Below, one piece after another: positions 49,726-61,379 of a DNA stretch of 64,000 nucleotides. This DNA comes from Blastocatellia bacterium (GTDB lineage: Bacteria; Acidobacteriota; Blastocatellia; Chloracidobacteriales; JADJPF01). The DNA is taken from contig JADJPF010000015.1 of the NCBI GenBank assembly GCA_016713405.1, positions 1 to 64,000 on the forward strand, read 5' to 3'. Both the position numbers and the translations under genes were made by a program. Position 1 is the first letter of the stretch. The number at the start of each line of letters is the position of its first letter. The notes beneath the pieces are model-generated. The model saw only the letters and a program-made list of their open reading frames with translations. It had not been told where the DNA came from and ran no database searches.

Positions 49726-51060
49726 TTATAATTTGATAACTTTATCTAAATTTTCTGTTACATAACGTGTAGCATTTCGAGTATCAATTATTAATGGGGC
49801 ATGATCGACTATAAATTGATAATTAAAATCGCTGTGATCTGTAACAATTATTACTGCATCAGAGTAGGTTAATACAGTACGATCTATTTCTACGCTTTCA
49901 ATAACAAGGTCATTTTCTAAAACTAAAGAAGGCACATATGGGTCACTATAAGCAATAATAGAGCCTTTTTGATGCAACTTTTGCAGAATTTCTAAGGCTG
50001 GTGATTCTCTAACATCATCAATATTTCGTTTATAGGCAACACCTAAAACTAATATTTTTGACCCATTTAGAGGTTTACGATGTTTATTTAAGGCATCTGA
50101 AACTATTTCAACAACATGACTTGGCATATTAGAATTAATTTCTTCTGCTAAGGAAATAAACCTAGCTTCAAAGCCATGCATACGAGCTTTCCAAGATAAG
50201 TAAATAGGATCTAGTGGAATACAATGACCGCCAATGCCGGGGCCAGGATAAAAGGGCATAAAACCAAAGGGTTTGGTAGCGGCTGCTTCTACTACTTCCC
50301 AAACATTTACACCTAAAGCATGGCATAACATAGCAATTTCATTTACTAGGCCAATGTTAACACTACGAAAAGTGTTTTCTAGTAATTTAGTTGTTTCTGC
50401 TACTTTAGCAGAAGATACTTTGTGAACATTACCAATTACTTTTTGGTAAACCGTAGCAGCAATTTCGGTTGAAAGCTGCGAGACTCCACCAACTACTTTA
50501 GGAATATTACCTGTATGAAATTGAGGATTACCTGGGTCAACTCGCTCTGGGGAAAATGCTAAGAAGAAATCCTGATCAACTTTTAAGCCTGTTTCCTCAA
50601 ATAGTGGCAATAAAACTTCATCTGTTGTACCAGGATAAGTAGTGCTTTCAAGCATTATTAATTGTCCTGGGTGCAAATGAGTTTTGATAGCTTCAGCAGC
50701 AGCTAAAATATAAGAAATATCAGGTTCTTTTGTTTTACTTAAAGGTGTAGGGACACAAATTATTACAATATCTGATTCTGATAAAACATCAAAACTTGTA
50801 CTAGCACTAAAAAGCAGGTTTTCAACCAGTGTTGAGACTTTTTCACTAGCAATATCTTTAATATAAGAAAAACCTTGGTTTAACTCTGCTACTTTTTCTG
50901 GGTTAGTATCTATTCCTAATACAGAAAAACCAGCTTGACCAAATTCTACGGCTAAGGGTAAGCCAACATATCCTAAGCCAATAATTGCTATACGTGCTTG
51001 TAGGGAAGAGATTTTACTAAGTAAAACATTTTGGCTACTTAAAACTGTGCAACTACTCAT
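49726..51060 (-). CDS. Nucleotide-sugar dehydrogenase (UDP-N-acetyl-hexosamine dehydrogenase-like; WecC/TviB/Cap5O group)
   Basis: 'IAIIGLGYVGLPLAVEF', 'GIGGHCIPLDP' and 'LGVAYKRNIDDVRESP'. The ATG at 51060 has AGGAG upstream. Confidence 0.8.
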   Translation of the reverse strand: MSSCTVLSSQNVLLSKISSLQARIAIIGLGYVGLPLAVEFGQAGFSVLGIDTNPEKVAELNQGFSYIKDIASEKVSTLVENLLFSASTSFDVLSESDIVIICVPTPLSKTKEPDISYILAAAEAIKTHLHPGQLIMLESTTYPGTTDEVLLPLFEETGLKVDQDFFLAFSPERVDPGNPQFHTGNIPKVVGGVSQLSTEIAATVYQKVIGNVHKVSSAKVAETTKLLENTFRSVNIGLVNEIAMLCHALGVNVWEVVEAAATKPFGFMPFYPGPGIGGHCIPLDPIYLSWKARMHGFEARFISLAEEINSNMPSHVVEIVSDALNKHRKPLNGSKILVLGVAYKRNIDDVRESPALEILQKLHQKGSIIAYSDPYVPSLVLENDLVIESVEIDRTVLTYSDAVIIVTDHSDFNYQFIVDHAPLIIDTRNATRYVTENLDKVIKL

Positions 51061-51148
51061 TAATAATGCTCCTAAAAACAAAAAATAATGCTCTTAAAAT
51101 GTTAATAGGCCACCAAAAGGTGGCCGAAGGAATTATTTACTGGTAGAT

Positions 51149-53430
51149 TTAAGGTAAGACGACTCGGCGAACTCTATGATTACCTGAATCTACTACTAAA
51201 ATGACTTTATCTTCTATCATAAGCATAAATCTTGGATCACGAAATGCTACTTTTGGTGCTGATCCGTCTTCAAAACCTCTAGCACCACCAATAACCGTTG
51301 TAACTACTCCATCAGGCGTAACTCTACGGATACGGCTGCCATCAAAATCTAGTACATAAAGATTTCCAGCCATATCAAAAGTAGATGAAATTGGGCCTTT
51401 TAGGACTGCAAAAAATCTATTGCCATCTCCAAAAGTAGGACTATTAACATTTACTTGGTTTAATGCGCTAGATTGAATGCGGCGACGAAGGCCAACAAAT
51501 ACCTGTACTTGATTGGAAGACATATCTACTTGGCGAATTGAGTTATTAGAAAAATCACTAACAAATAGTGTGTTATTTCTCATTATTAACCCTAATGGAC
51601 GGTTAAACTGTACGCTATTTCCATTTCCATCAGAAAGGCCAGGAAAACCATTACCTAAAACTGTAGAAACAGAAGTTGCCTCACCATTTTCTAAGGTAAT
51701 TTTACGAATTACATTATTAAATGAGTCAGATATTAATAGATTTTTGTCCATATCTATTGCAATTCCATAAGGGCCAGAAAAGACGGCTCTTGAAGGAATA
51801 TCATCTAAAAAGCCCATTTCGCCTACACGTTCTTTAGTACCATCTTCATTTCTTGCCATTCGACTTTTACCTGCAATTGTGTCAACTGTAAAAGTACCTG
51901 AACTATTAGGTCGTAATCTTCTGATAGCTTCATTACCAAAGTCTGTAACATAAATAGTGTTATCAGGAGTAACAACAATTCCAATAGGATTACTAAAGCG
52001 TACTGTAGGATTATTTTTATTTATTTCATCTGTATCAACATAACCAGGTATTCCATCAGGATCTCCTGCTATGGTGACAAGTTGACCTGAGCTTGGGTTA
52101 AATCTTCGGATAGCGTTATTGGTTTGATCTGCAATATAAATCATTCCATCTGGCCCAACTGCTAATTGGCTTGGATTAGTTAGCAAAGCATCTTTTCCTG
52201 AGCCATCAGTAAAACCTGGAAAACTACCTAATATTGTTGAAACTGTACCAGCAGGTTCTACTACTAAAGGGACAATATTTGTTGTTCCTTTATTGGTGCT
52301 AAGCTGTAAATTTAATGTAGTTGGACTTTCAAGTTGTTTAGTTCTAACAACTATTCTTATAGTACGTCTACTTAATTCTGTAACATCATCTTTTTTAATT
52401 TTTATTCCATTAAATGTAGCTTCTTTAAAGTTTTCTAGGTTTGCACCTATAACAATCATTTCTACATCTTTTGTACCAGCAACAATGTTGGAGGGATCAA
52501 TTGAATAAATTAAAGGGGTTTTATCAGAAGGTGTGACATCAAATAGTAAAGTTTCTGAGTCACCAACATTAGGAGTTACTACTTTTACTGTTATTTGTCC
52601 TACTTTAGTAAATAAGCTTGCATCAAAAGTTGCTTCAAGCTGAGTAGTTTTCTTTTTACCTTTTTGTAATGTTACTGGGACAGATTGACCATTAACAAGT
52701 ACAATACTATCTTTAGTAAAGTTACCACCTTTAATTTTTACTTTAGTTGTTTTTGCTCCAAGATCTGCACTACTTGGTTCTAACTCAGTTAGATTTGGCC
52801 CAGGAGAGGCAATAGTAATATTAAAAGTGTTAGAAAGAGTTCCATCACCATTTTCTATTTGAACAGGCAATGTACCAACAAAAGTAGTTTCAATAGGATC
52901 AACTGTTCCAATTGCAAAAGAAAGTTCGCCTTTGCGTCTAATTTGTGTAGTGGTCTTAAATCCACCAACTCTAACAATTGATTTGCTAGTAAAGTTATTT
53001 CCTTGAATTTCTACACCAAAGTTAGTAGCAATTTCATTAGCAATAACAATTCTAGGGCGAATTGCAGTAATTACTACATCACTAGCAGCAACAACATCAA
53101 TAGTATCAGTATTTGATATTGTTCCTTTGGACATTACAGCAATAGTAATTGTACCTGGTTGAGCAATTAAATTGGCTGGAACAGTGCCAATCAAAGTTCC
53201 CTCTTGGAATTGAGTATTTACAGGGCTACCATTAACTATTAATGAAGAATCTTTTTTATATTTGCTTTTACCCACCACTCTAACGCGAAGTTCGCTATCT
53301 CCAGCAGTTACTTTTTTAGGAAAAATATTTTTAATATTAGGAGTATTGTTTTTGGGCCAGAGCTTGGTTAGGATTAATAAAAACTAAGCTAAAAAAAACA
53401 ATTAAAAGACTAAATATCAGTCCTCGCATA
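51149..53430 (-). pseudogene. Secreted IPT/TIG-repeat plus NHL-repeat (beta-propeller) protein; the signal-peptide exon is out of frame
   Basis: NHL-like repeats, for example 'PSQLAVGPDGMIYIADQTNNAIRRF' and 'PIGIVVTPDNTIYVTDFGNEAIRRL'. The N-terminal 'MRGLIFSLLIVFFSLVFINPNQALAQ' (ATG at 53430) is separated from the main frame by a frameshift near 53340-53360, in a T5/G3 run. Confidence 0.7.
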
Positions 53431-53988
53431 ATTTTTAACCTTCCTCAGTATCAAACATAAGCTAAAATAATGTTGATAAAAATTTTTTAGATACACAATT
53501 AAGAAATCAGCAGTTTAACAAACTTACTCTGCTATCTTCAACCTAGATGCCTTAATTGTTTCCTAAATATCTTATAAATCAATTACTATTACTTTTGATA
53601 ACTCAATAAATTTAAGATACTAGATTTAATTTATTTCCCTTTTGTTTTATTCCAAAGAAAATAGTTTAGATAAATAACCTAGTGTATTTACCGTTTTAAT
53701 TTTACTAGATTCTAGCTTAAAGCTATAGATGTTAAACACCAGAATTGGATTAAAAGTTTAATTAGCTCCAAAAATTTTTGTCTCTCATGGATTTATAAAT
53801 ACTCCAAAAAATATATTTAAGCTGTTGTGGCTAGGATTGCTTAACAATTAGGAACAAAAGCTTGAGTATAAATAGAGTTTCTCTTATCCTATTGCATTGT
53901 CAAAATTAGTTCCTCTAAATCTTTTAAGAGTTCAGTTAAATTTTTAGTATTTTGTTAGGAAAGCAACTTACTTTCTCAGGATATTATT

Positions 53989-55023
53989 ATGGACATAGCT
54001 CTATTAATTGAATGGTCAGTCAAAATAGGCATAGTATTTTTTATCTTGATGACAGCCTTAGCCTATATTGTTTTATTAGAGCGTCGGCTACTAGGTTTTA
54101 TCCAAATGCGTTTAGGCCCTAACAGAGTTGGCCCATTTGGACTTCTTCAACCTTTAGCTGATGGAATTAAATTCTTCTTTAAGGAAGAAATAATTCCTCA
54201 TGAAGCAGATCGCGCACTCTATATTTTAGCTCCAATGGTTGCCTTAATTCCTGCTTTAACAACAGTTGCTGTAATTCCTTTTGGTGAAAGTGTAACTGTT
54301 AGCCTTTGGGGTTATACTCGTGAAATAGGACTTTATATTACGAAAGTAGATGTAAGTTTACTTGTAGTCTTTGCCTTAACCAGCATGGGAATTTATGGAA
54401 TTGTTCTAGCAGGTTGGTCATCCAATAATAAATATTCTTTAATGGGTGGTTTGAGATCTTCAGCACAAATGATTAGCTATGAATTAGCTATGAGTTTAGC
54501 TGTTGTTGGAGTAGTAGTTTTTAGCGGATCTTTAGATTTAACACAAATTGTTAAAGAGCAAATGAATACTTGGGGCGGCATTATACCTAAGTGGAATATA
54601 TTGACTCAACCTATAGGATTTTTATTATTTTTGATTGCTGCTATTGCAGAAACTAATCGTGTACCTTTTGACTTACCAGAAGCAGAAACTGAGCTAGTCG
54701 CAGGTTTTCACACAGAATATAGTTCTATGAAATTTGCTATATTCTTTATTGCTGAATATGCCAATATGGTGACAGCATCTTCAATGGCTACTTTACTATT
54801 TTTAGGCGGTTGGCACGGGCCATTTGTAAAAGAACTTCCCCTACTTGGGCCAATTTACTTTACCTTAAAAGTCTTATTTTTCTTGGTTTTATATATTTGG
54901 CTACGCGGCACTTTGCCACGTTTTCGCTATGATCAGCTAATGAAGTTTGGTTGGAAATTTATGATTCCAGTGGCTATAGCCAATGTTGTTTTGGTAGCTG
55001 GACTTGCTTTACTTTTATTTTAA
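53989..55023 (+). CDS. nuoH: NADH-quinone oxidoreductase subunit H
   Basis: 'ERRLLGFIQMRLGPNRVGPFGLLQPLADGIKFF' and 'ETNRVPFDLPEAETELVAGFHTEYS'. Confidence 0.95.
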   Translation: MDIALLIEWSVKIGIVFFILMTALAYIVLLERRLLGFIQMRLGPNRVGPFGLLQPLADGIKFFFKEEIIPHEADRALYILAPMVALIPALTTVAVIPFGESVTVSLWGYTREIGLYITKVDVSLLVVFALTSMGIYGIVLAGWSSNNKYSLMGGLRSSAQMISYELAMSLAVVGVVVFSGSLDLTQIVKEQMNTWGGIIPKWNILTQPIGFLLFLIAAIAETNRVPFDLPEAETELVAGFHTEYSSMKFAIFFIAEYANMVTASSMATLLFLGGWHGPFVKELPLLGPIYFTLKVLFFLVLYIWLRGTLPRFRYDQLMKFGWKFMIPVAIANVVLVAGLALLLF

Positions 55024-55038
55024 TTAATAGGGATTATT

Positions 55039-55542
55039 ATGGAACAGGCTTTTTTCCTTGTTTTAGCGGTTTTATCAGTAGGCGCAGCCTTAAGCGTAGT
55101 AATTCAACGTAGCCCACTTTATAGTGCTTTTTCCTTAATTGGTTTATTTGCTTGTCTTGCCGCGCTTTATGTTTCCTTACAAGCACAATTTCTTGGTGCT
55201 ATTCAAATCATTGTTTATGCAGGTGCGATTATGGTTTTGTTTATCTTTGTGATTATGTTGCTTAACATACGCAAAGATGCTCAAGTTTTAGATAAGCATC
55301 GCTATCTTTGGGTTTTAGGTGTCCCTTTTGGGCTAGTGCTAGCTATAGAAGTTCTTTATACCTTATCTAAAGTAGCAAAAGTTAGTATTGATAAACCTGC
55401 TATAGGGGATAGCCAAAGTATAGGTTATGGCCTGTATACTACTTATTTAATGCCATTTGAGCTAACTTCAATACTAATTTTACTTGCAATAGTTGGTTCA
55501 GTAATTTTGGCTCGCCGAGATGATGAAAAAGAAGAGAATTAA
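55039..55542 (+). CDS. nuoJ: NADH-quinone oxidoreductase subunit J
   Basis: '[26 protein letters not shown]'. It follows nuoH after only 15 nt. Confidence 0.9.
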   Translation: MEQAFFLVLAVLSVGAALSVVIQRSPLYSAFSLIGLFACLAALYVSLQAQFLGAIQIIVYAGAIMVLFIFVIMLLNIRKDAQVLDKHRYLWVLGVPFGLVLAIEVLYTLSKVAKVSIDKPAIGDSQSIGYGLYTTYLMPFELTSILILLAIVGSVILARRDDEKEEN

Positions 55543-55556
55543 GGAGAGATATTTTT

Positions 55557-55859
55557 ATGGTACCGCTTTCCTGGTATTTAGCTTTAAGTGCAGTGCTTTT
55601 TACTATTGGTGCTGTAGGAGTTTTTGTTAAACGAAATGTTATTTCTATCTTTATGTGTATTGAGTTAATGCTTAATGCAGTAAATTTAACCTTAATTGCT
55701 TTTTCTTCTTATTATAGAGAAATTTCAGGTCAACTATTTGTCTTTATTGTAATGACTGTTGCTGCTGCTGAAGCTGGTGTAGGATTGGCTTTAGTCATTG
55801 CTGTCCTTCGTAATCGTCAATCTTTGGATGCAGACGACGCAAATTTATTAAAGCTTTAG
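55557..55859 (+). CDS. nuoK: NADH-quinone oxidoreductase subunit K
   Basis: 100 aa. '[12 protein letters not shown]' and '[13 protein letters not shown]'. Confidence 0.9.
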   Translation: MVPLSWYLALSAVLFTIGAVGVFVKRNVISIFMCIELMLNAVNLTLIAFSSYYREISGQLFVFIVMTVAAAEAGVGLALVIAVLRNRQSLDADDANLLKL

Positions 55860-55893
55860 AAATTTTGCCAAAAAAAGTATAGAGGCATTATAA

Positions 55894-57974
55894 ATGTTAA
55901 GAGTAATAGTTTTTGCGCCACTTCTAGGTGCTATCATTTTAGGTTTATTTGGTAAACGCCTTTCTGAACGTATCATTGCACTAATTGCATGTTCATCAAT
56001 CGCTGTTTCTACAATAGCCGCTTTTGCCGCTTTTGCAAAATTACTTGCTCAACAACCTGACTCAGCAGGGGTACGTAGAATTAGTGATACTTTGTTTACC
56101 TGGATACAAGTAGGAGCATTTAGAGCAGACTTTGCTTTTATGCTTGATCCCCTTTCAGGTGTAATGATTTTGTTTGTTACTGGTGTAGGGCTTCTTATCC
56201 ATATCTTTGCAACGGCTTATATGTCTGGTGAAGATAGCTATTACAGATTTTTTACTTACTTAAATCTGTTTATGTTTATGATGATTACCCTAGTGCTAGC
56301 AGACAATTATTTAATGATGTTTGTTGGCTGGGAAGGTGTTGGTCTTTGCTCTTATCTATTAATTGGTTATTATTTCCTAAGAGATTACGCTAATGACGCT
56401 GCTAAGAAAGCTTTTATTGTTAATCGTATAGGTGATTTTGGCTTTGCTTTAGGTGTAATGTTAATCTTCTATCACTTTAATACTATTAGCTTTATTGATA
56501 AGACTGGTATTGCTAGCGTATTTACTTTAGCTGCTAATAAACCCATTGAAGATCTTGCCAGCACAGCTTTATTTGCTGGTGGTTTAACAACAATTGCAAT
56601 ACTTCTTTTTATTGGTGCAACCGGAAAAAGTGCGCAAATCCCTCTTTACGTCTGGCTTCCAGATGCAATGGCAGGCCCAACACCAGTTTCTGCACTAATT
56701 CACGCTGCTACAATGGTTACAGCAGGCGTTTATATGATTGTGCGTTCCAATATGATTTTTGGTAAAGCACCAATGGCACTAACCATAGTTGCTGTTGTTG
56801 GAGCTTTAACAGCCTTTTTTGCCGCTACAATAGGTATTGCTCAATGGAACATTAAAAAGTCCTGGCCTACTCTACAGTTTCACAGCTTGGTTATATGTTT
56901 TTAGCTTGTGGTGCAGGTGCTTTTGGCCCAGCATTTTTCCACGTTGTTACACACGCCTTCTTTAAAGCTTTACTCTTTTTAGGTTCAGGCAGTGTTATCC
57001 ACGCAATGCATCATAATGAAGATATGCGTACTATGGGCGGCTTAAGTAAATATCTAAAAATTACTTTTGCAACAATGGGTGCTGGTACACTTGCAATTGC
57101 TGGTTTTCCTTTACTTTCAGGTTTCTTTAGTAAGGATGAAATTCTTTGGAAAGTAAGAAGTTCTACTGTTCTACCAGGTAGTTTAGGCACTATTCTTTGG
57201 TTACTAGGTCTACTAACTGCTGCTATTACAGCTATTTATATGACCCGTATGATGGTTATCACCTTTTTTGGTGAGGAACGCTTTAGAAATGCTCATCATG
57301 ATGATCACGGTCATAGCGGACACGACGATCATAAAGCTCATGATGATAAACATGGGCATGATTCACATGGCGGACATGGTGGAAATCCTCATGAATCACC
57401 TTTAGCAATGACAATTCCTTTAATTGTTTTAGCTATTCTTTCTGTAGTTGGTGGTTTTATGGGTGTTCCAGAAGGTCTAGCAGAAAAATTTCTCCCTCAT
57501 TCACTACACCATTATACACATAGCTTTTATGCTTTCCTTCAACCAGTAATAAGCGTTCCAGTAATTGCTGGTAATGGTGGGGAAGCTTTAGCAAAAGACC
57601 ATGGAGCAGAGTTAGTTTCTACAATTCTTTCATCCATAGTTGCTTTAGTTGCAATTGGCATTGGTTATCTCGTCTTTAAAGGCAAACCTTTAATGCAAAT
57701 GCCTGCTTTCCTTGAAAACAAATATTTTATTGATGAAATTTATGATGCAGTTATTGTCAATCCATTAAAAGCTATTTCTACAACAGGACTTTGGAAATTT
57801 GTTGATGTTGTAATTATTGATGGTAGTGTTAATGGACTTGCTAAATTAGTAAATTTAACTGGTAGTGGACTACGCTATTTACAGCCAGGTATAACACGCC
57901 TTTATGCTGCCTTTATTTTTGGTGGGGCAGTGTTTGTTATTGGTTGGTTTTTTTATGTAGTCGTCAATCGGTAG
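55894..57974 (+). pseudogene. nuoL: NADH-quinone oxidoreductase subunit L; a single-base frameshift as assembled (probably a sequencing error)
   Basis: ORFs 55894-56904 and 56895-57974 together form one NuoL. Adding one A to the A5 run at 56854-56858 gives the conserved '...IKKVLAYSTVSQLGYMFLACG'. Confidence 0.9.
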
Positions 57975-57999
57975 TTAATAATTTATTGCGGAAAAAATT

Positions 58000-59550
58000 A
58001 TGAATGCCTTAAAACCTTATCTGCTTAATATATTAGTATTCTTCCCATTACTTGGCACAATTGTAATGCTGATGTATGACCAAATTGTTGGTAAAAATGA
58101 AGAAACCTTAAAAAAGATGGCTTTGTTTTTTTCCTCTATCACCTTTTTTGCTTCCTTACCTTTAATTTGGTGGTATAACGACCCAGCTTTAATAGTAAAT
58201 GTTCCTTGGGTGGAAACTTTAGGCATTAATTATCATTTACAAGTAGATGGTCTAAGTTTGTGGTTAGTTCTACTAACTACTTTTCTTATGCCTATAGCTA
58301 TATTGTCTGGTTGGACAGCTATTCACGACAAAGTAAGAGAATATCTAGCTTTTATGCTAGTGCTAGAAACAGGAATGATAGGCGTGTTTTTAGCAATGGA
58401 TATGATTGTTTTCTACCTGTTTTGGGAAGTAATGCTTGTACCAATGTATTTCCTAATAGGTGTTTGGGGTGGAGAACGCCGTATTTATGCTGCTATTAAA
58501 TTTGTTCTTTATACAATGGTAGGCAGCTTACTAATGTTAGTAGCTATTATTGCTCTTTACCTAATACATGGAGAAAATCAAGCAGGTGGAGCAAAAGCTA
58601 CTTTTGATATGGTTACTATTACCCAAAATTTAGCTCAATATAATTTCCTAACTCCTACACAACAATTTTGGATGTTTGCAGCCTTTGGGCTAGCTTTTGC
58701 GATCAAAGTTCCTCTTTTCCCATTCCATACTTGGCTTCCAGATGCACACGTAGAAGCACCAACAGCAGGGTCAGTAATTCTAGCTGGAGTTTTACTTAAG
58801 ATGGGAACTTATGGTTTTATGAGATTTAACTTGCCAATGTTCCCTGAAGCTGCACATCAATTTGCTGTTCCTATTATGATTCTAGCTGTAATTGGAATTA
58901 TTTATGGAGCTTTAGTGGCAATGGTGCAACCTGATATGAAAAAGTTAATTGCTTATTCATCAGTTAGTCACTTAGGTTTTGTAATGTTAGGAATGTTTGC
59001 TTTTACCGAAATGGGAATGCAAGGTTCACTATATCAAATGCTTAATCATGGTGTTTCATCAGGAGCATTATTTTTAATTGTTGGTATGGTTTATGAGCGT
59101 CGTCACACTAGACAAATTGCAGACTTTGGAGGACTTGCTACTCCAATGCCTCTTTTTGCTACCTTATTTTTAATTATTGCTTTTAGTTCTATAGGACTTC
59201 CTTTATTAAATGGTTTTGTTGGTGAATTTTTAATCTTGATTGGTACATTTAATTCTACTTACTCTAGAGCTTTTGCAGCTTTTGCTACTACAGGTGTAAT
59301 TCTTTCAGCTATTTATATGCTCTGGATGGTTCAAAGGGTAGTATTTGGTGAAATTACTAATGAAAAGAACCGACATTTACAAGACTTAAATTTACGTGAA
59401 AAAATTATTTTAGTCCCAATAGTAATATTAATTGTTTTTATGGGCGTTTATCCTAGCTTTTTCTTAAATCGTACTTCAGAAAAAGTTAACGAAATTCGCA
59501 AAGTTGTTGAAACACATAAAACAACAACCCCAGTAGCTACTACTAACTAA
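58000..59550 (+). CDS. nuoM: NADH-quinone oxidoreductase subunit M
   Basis: 'FYLFWEVMLVPMYFLIGVWGG', 'PFHTWLPDAHVEAPTAGSVILAGVLLKMG' and 'AYSSVSHLGFV'. Confidence 0.95.
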   Translation: MNALKPYLLNILVFFPLLGTIVMLMYDQIVGKNEETLKKMALFFSSITFFASLPLIWWYNDPALIVNVPWVETLGINYHLQVDGLSLWLVLLTTFLMPIAILSGWTAIHDKVREYLAFMLVLETGMIGVFLAMDMIVFYLFWEVMLVPMYFLIGVWGGERRIYAAIKFVLYTMVGSLLMLVAIIALYLIHGENQAGGAKATFDMVTITQNLAQYNFLTPTQQFWMFAAFGLAFAIKVPLFPFHTWLPDAHVEAPTAGSVILAGVLLKMGTYGFMRFNLPMFPEAAHQFAVPIMILAVIGIIYGALVAMVQPDMKKLIAYSSVSHLGFVMLGMFAFTEMGMQGSLYQMLNHGVSSGALFLIVGMVYERRHTRQIADFGGLATPMPLFATLFLIIAFSSIGLPLLNGFVGEFLILIGTFNSTYSRAFAAFATTGVILSAIYMLWMVQRVVFGEITNEKNRHLQDLNLREKIILVPIVILIVFMGVYPSFFLNRTSEKVNEIRKVVETHKTTTPVATTN

Positions 59551-59571
59551 AATTATAGAGAGAAGATTGCT

Positions 59572-61086
59572 ATGCAAGCACAAGCATTGAACCTTAACTA
59601 TTATTATGTGTTACCACATATAATTGTTGCTGTTACAGGCATTATGTCCTTACTTTTTGGTGCTTTTAATAAAAAAGCCCATCGAGATTTGGTCTTTATT
59701 AACCTAGCAGGAATTTTTACTGCGGGTGCTTCTACTTGGAAACTTTGGAATTTAGTAACTACTGCTTCACAAGATGGTGTTGGTAAATCTTTGACAGCCT
59801 TTAGTGGCATGGTAGTGCTAGACCATATGAGTTTAGCTTTTATCTTTATTTTCCTCATTGTAGCCTTTCTAGGAACAATCCTTTCCTTAAACTTTCTTGA
59901 AGATGAAGACCTTTCACCAGAAGAATTTTATTCTTTGCTAATGTTTTCTACCGTTGGCATGATGCTTATGGCTTCATCTGGTGATATGGTAATGATTTTT
60001 CTAGGACTGGAAATTTCTTCAATTGCTACATATGTTTTAGCTGGATATCGTCGTAAAGATTTAAGATCTAATGAATCAGCACTTAAGTATTTTATTTTAG
60101 GCTCTTTATCAACAGCCTTTTTGCTTTATGGAATGGCTTTAGTTTACGGTGCTACAGGTACTACTAACTTAGAATCTATTGCAACAGCAATTAAACAAGG
60201 TACAAATCTTGTAACTTCTCAACCAATGACAGTAGAAATTTTATATATTGGTGTAGCAATGTTACTAGTAGGTTTTGGCTTTAAGATTGCTACTGCGCCT
60301 TTTCATGTTTGGACACCAGATGTTTATCAAGGTGCGCCCAGTGCAGTTACAGCTTTTATGGCATCAGGGCCAAAAGCAGCAGGTTTTGTAGCTTTTTTAA
60401 GAATTTTTGTTATTGCTTTTGCAGCAGATACCTCTTTTGAGCTTAATGCCACTTGGACTAGCATTCTTCAAGTTTTAGCAATACTTACTATGATAATTGG
60501 TAATGTTGTTGCTCTGTCACAAACTGATATTAAAAGAATTTTAGCTTATTCATCAATTGCTCATGCTGGTTATGCTTTAATTGGATTTCTAGCTAATGAT
60601 TGGACATCAGTAGCTTTTTATATGCTTACCTATTCTGTTATGAATATTGGAGCTTTTGCAGTAATTTCTGTAATGGCTGGTAAAAATGAGCAAAATACTG
60701 AGTTAGAAACTTGGGCAGGAATGGGTTTTAAGTCTTTAGGACTTTCTATTGCTTTACTAATTTTTATGCTAAGTATGGCTGGAATGCCTTTAACAGGCGG
60801 GTTTATGGGCAAATTTTTAGTCTTTAAGACTGCTTGGGATAAAGGCTTATCTTTAGTAATAGTAGCTGTACTTAATAGTGCTGCCTCAATTTATTATTAT
60901 TTACGTCCAATGGTTGTACTGTTTTTCCGTGAAGGTAATGAAGAAACCCCAGCACCACTACTTTCTTGGAGTGCATATGTAACAATTTTATTAGCTTTAG
61001 CTGGTACGTTCTACTTAGGCTTAATGCCAGGAAAGTTATTTAGTCTATTAGAAGCTGCACGTGACACAGTTGCTTTAGTAAGATAA
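59572..61086 (+). CDS. nuoN: NADH-quinone oxidoreductase subunit N
   Basis: 'GLEISSIATYVLAG', 'APFHVWTPDVYQGAPSAVTAF' and 'KRILAYSSIAHAGY'. Confidence 0.95.
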   Translation: MQAQALNLNYYYVLPHIIVAVTGIMSLLFGAFNKKAHRDLVFINLAGIFTAGASTWKLWNLVTTASQDGVGKSLTAFSGMVVLDHMSLAFIFIFLIVAFLGTILSLNFLEDEDLSPEEFYSLLMFSTVGMMLMASSGDMVMIFLGLEISSIATYVLAGYRRKDLRSNESALKYFILGSLSTAFLLYGMALVYGATGTTNLESIATAIKQGTNLVTSQPMTVEILYIGVAMLLVGFGFKIATAPFHVWTPDVYQGAPSAVTAFMASGPKAAGFVAFLRIFVIAFAADTSFELNATWTSILQVLAILTMIIGNVVALSQTDIKRILAYSSIAHAGYALIGFLANDWTSVAFYMLTYSVMNIGAFAVISVMAGKNEQNTELETWAGMGFKSLGLSIALLIFMLSMAGMPLTGGFMGKFLVFKTAWDKGLSLVIVAVLNSAASIYYYLRPMVVLFFREGNEETPAPLLSWSAYVTILLALAGTFYLGLMPGKLFSLLEAARDTVALVR

Positions 61087-61113
61087 GGGGCATTGCTTGC
61101 CCCTTATCTTTTC
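61081..61113. terminator. Bidirectional terminator overlapping the nuoN stop codon
   Basis: A perfect 12-bp GC-containing stem (61081-61092 with 61098-61109), a 5-nt loop, then TTTTCC. Confidence 0.7.
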
Positions 61114-61347
61114 CTACTTTGATTTTGATTTAGGCTTTTTTTCACGTCTCCAAGTGTGAAATATACCAATCACTATATGCAGTAAAATAATAAAAAATCC
61201 CCAAAGTACATCAGGAGAAAGAAAATTACTAGCCATAATCGTTAGTGAAACAGCCTCGTTTAATGATGGACAAGCTAAAGTAGAATTACTAATAAATAAC
61301 ATTATAGTTAATGTTAGGAAGAAGCTAAACAAATCATTTAATTTCAT
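61114..61347 (-). CDS. Small hypothetical membrane protein (77 aa)
   Basis: Two hydrophobic segments and a basic C-terminus. ORF evidence only. Confidence 0.35.
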   Translation of the reverse strand: MKLNDLFSFFLTLTIMLFISNSTLACPSLNEAVSLTIMASNFLSPDVLWGFFIILLHIVIGIFHTWRREKKPKSKSK

Positions 61348-61379
61348 AATTTTACCTCAAAAGTATCAATTTATTTTTA

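Noticed and set aside
53431-53988. Inspected the long AT-rich gap upstream of nuoH for a missing nuoA-G remnant or an RNA gene
   Set aside because: No ORF fragments with Nuo-like sequence, no conserved-looking structure and no repeats were seen. It is most simply a divergent promoter region.
55894-57974. Considered treating the two nuoL ORFs as separate genes, or as a programmed frameshift
   Set aside because: The junction restores the universally conserved 'IKKVLAYSTVSQLGYM' after adding one A to an A5 run. No slippery-site or pseudoknot context is present. An indel, probably a sequencing error, is the simplest explanation.
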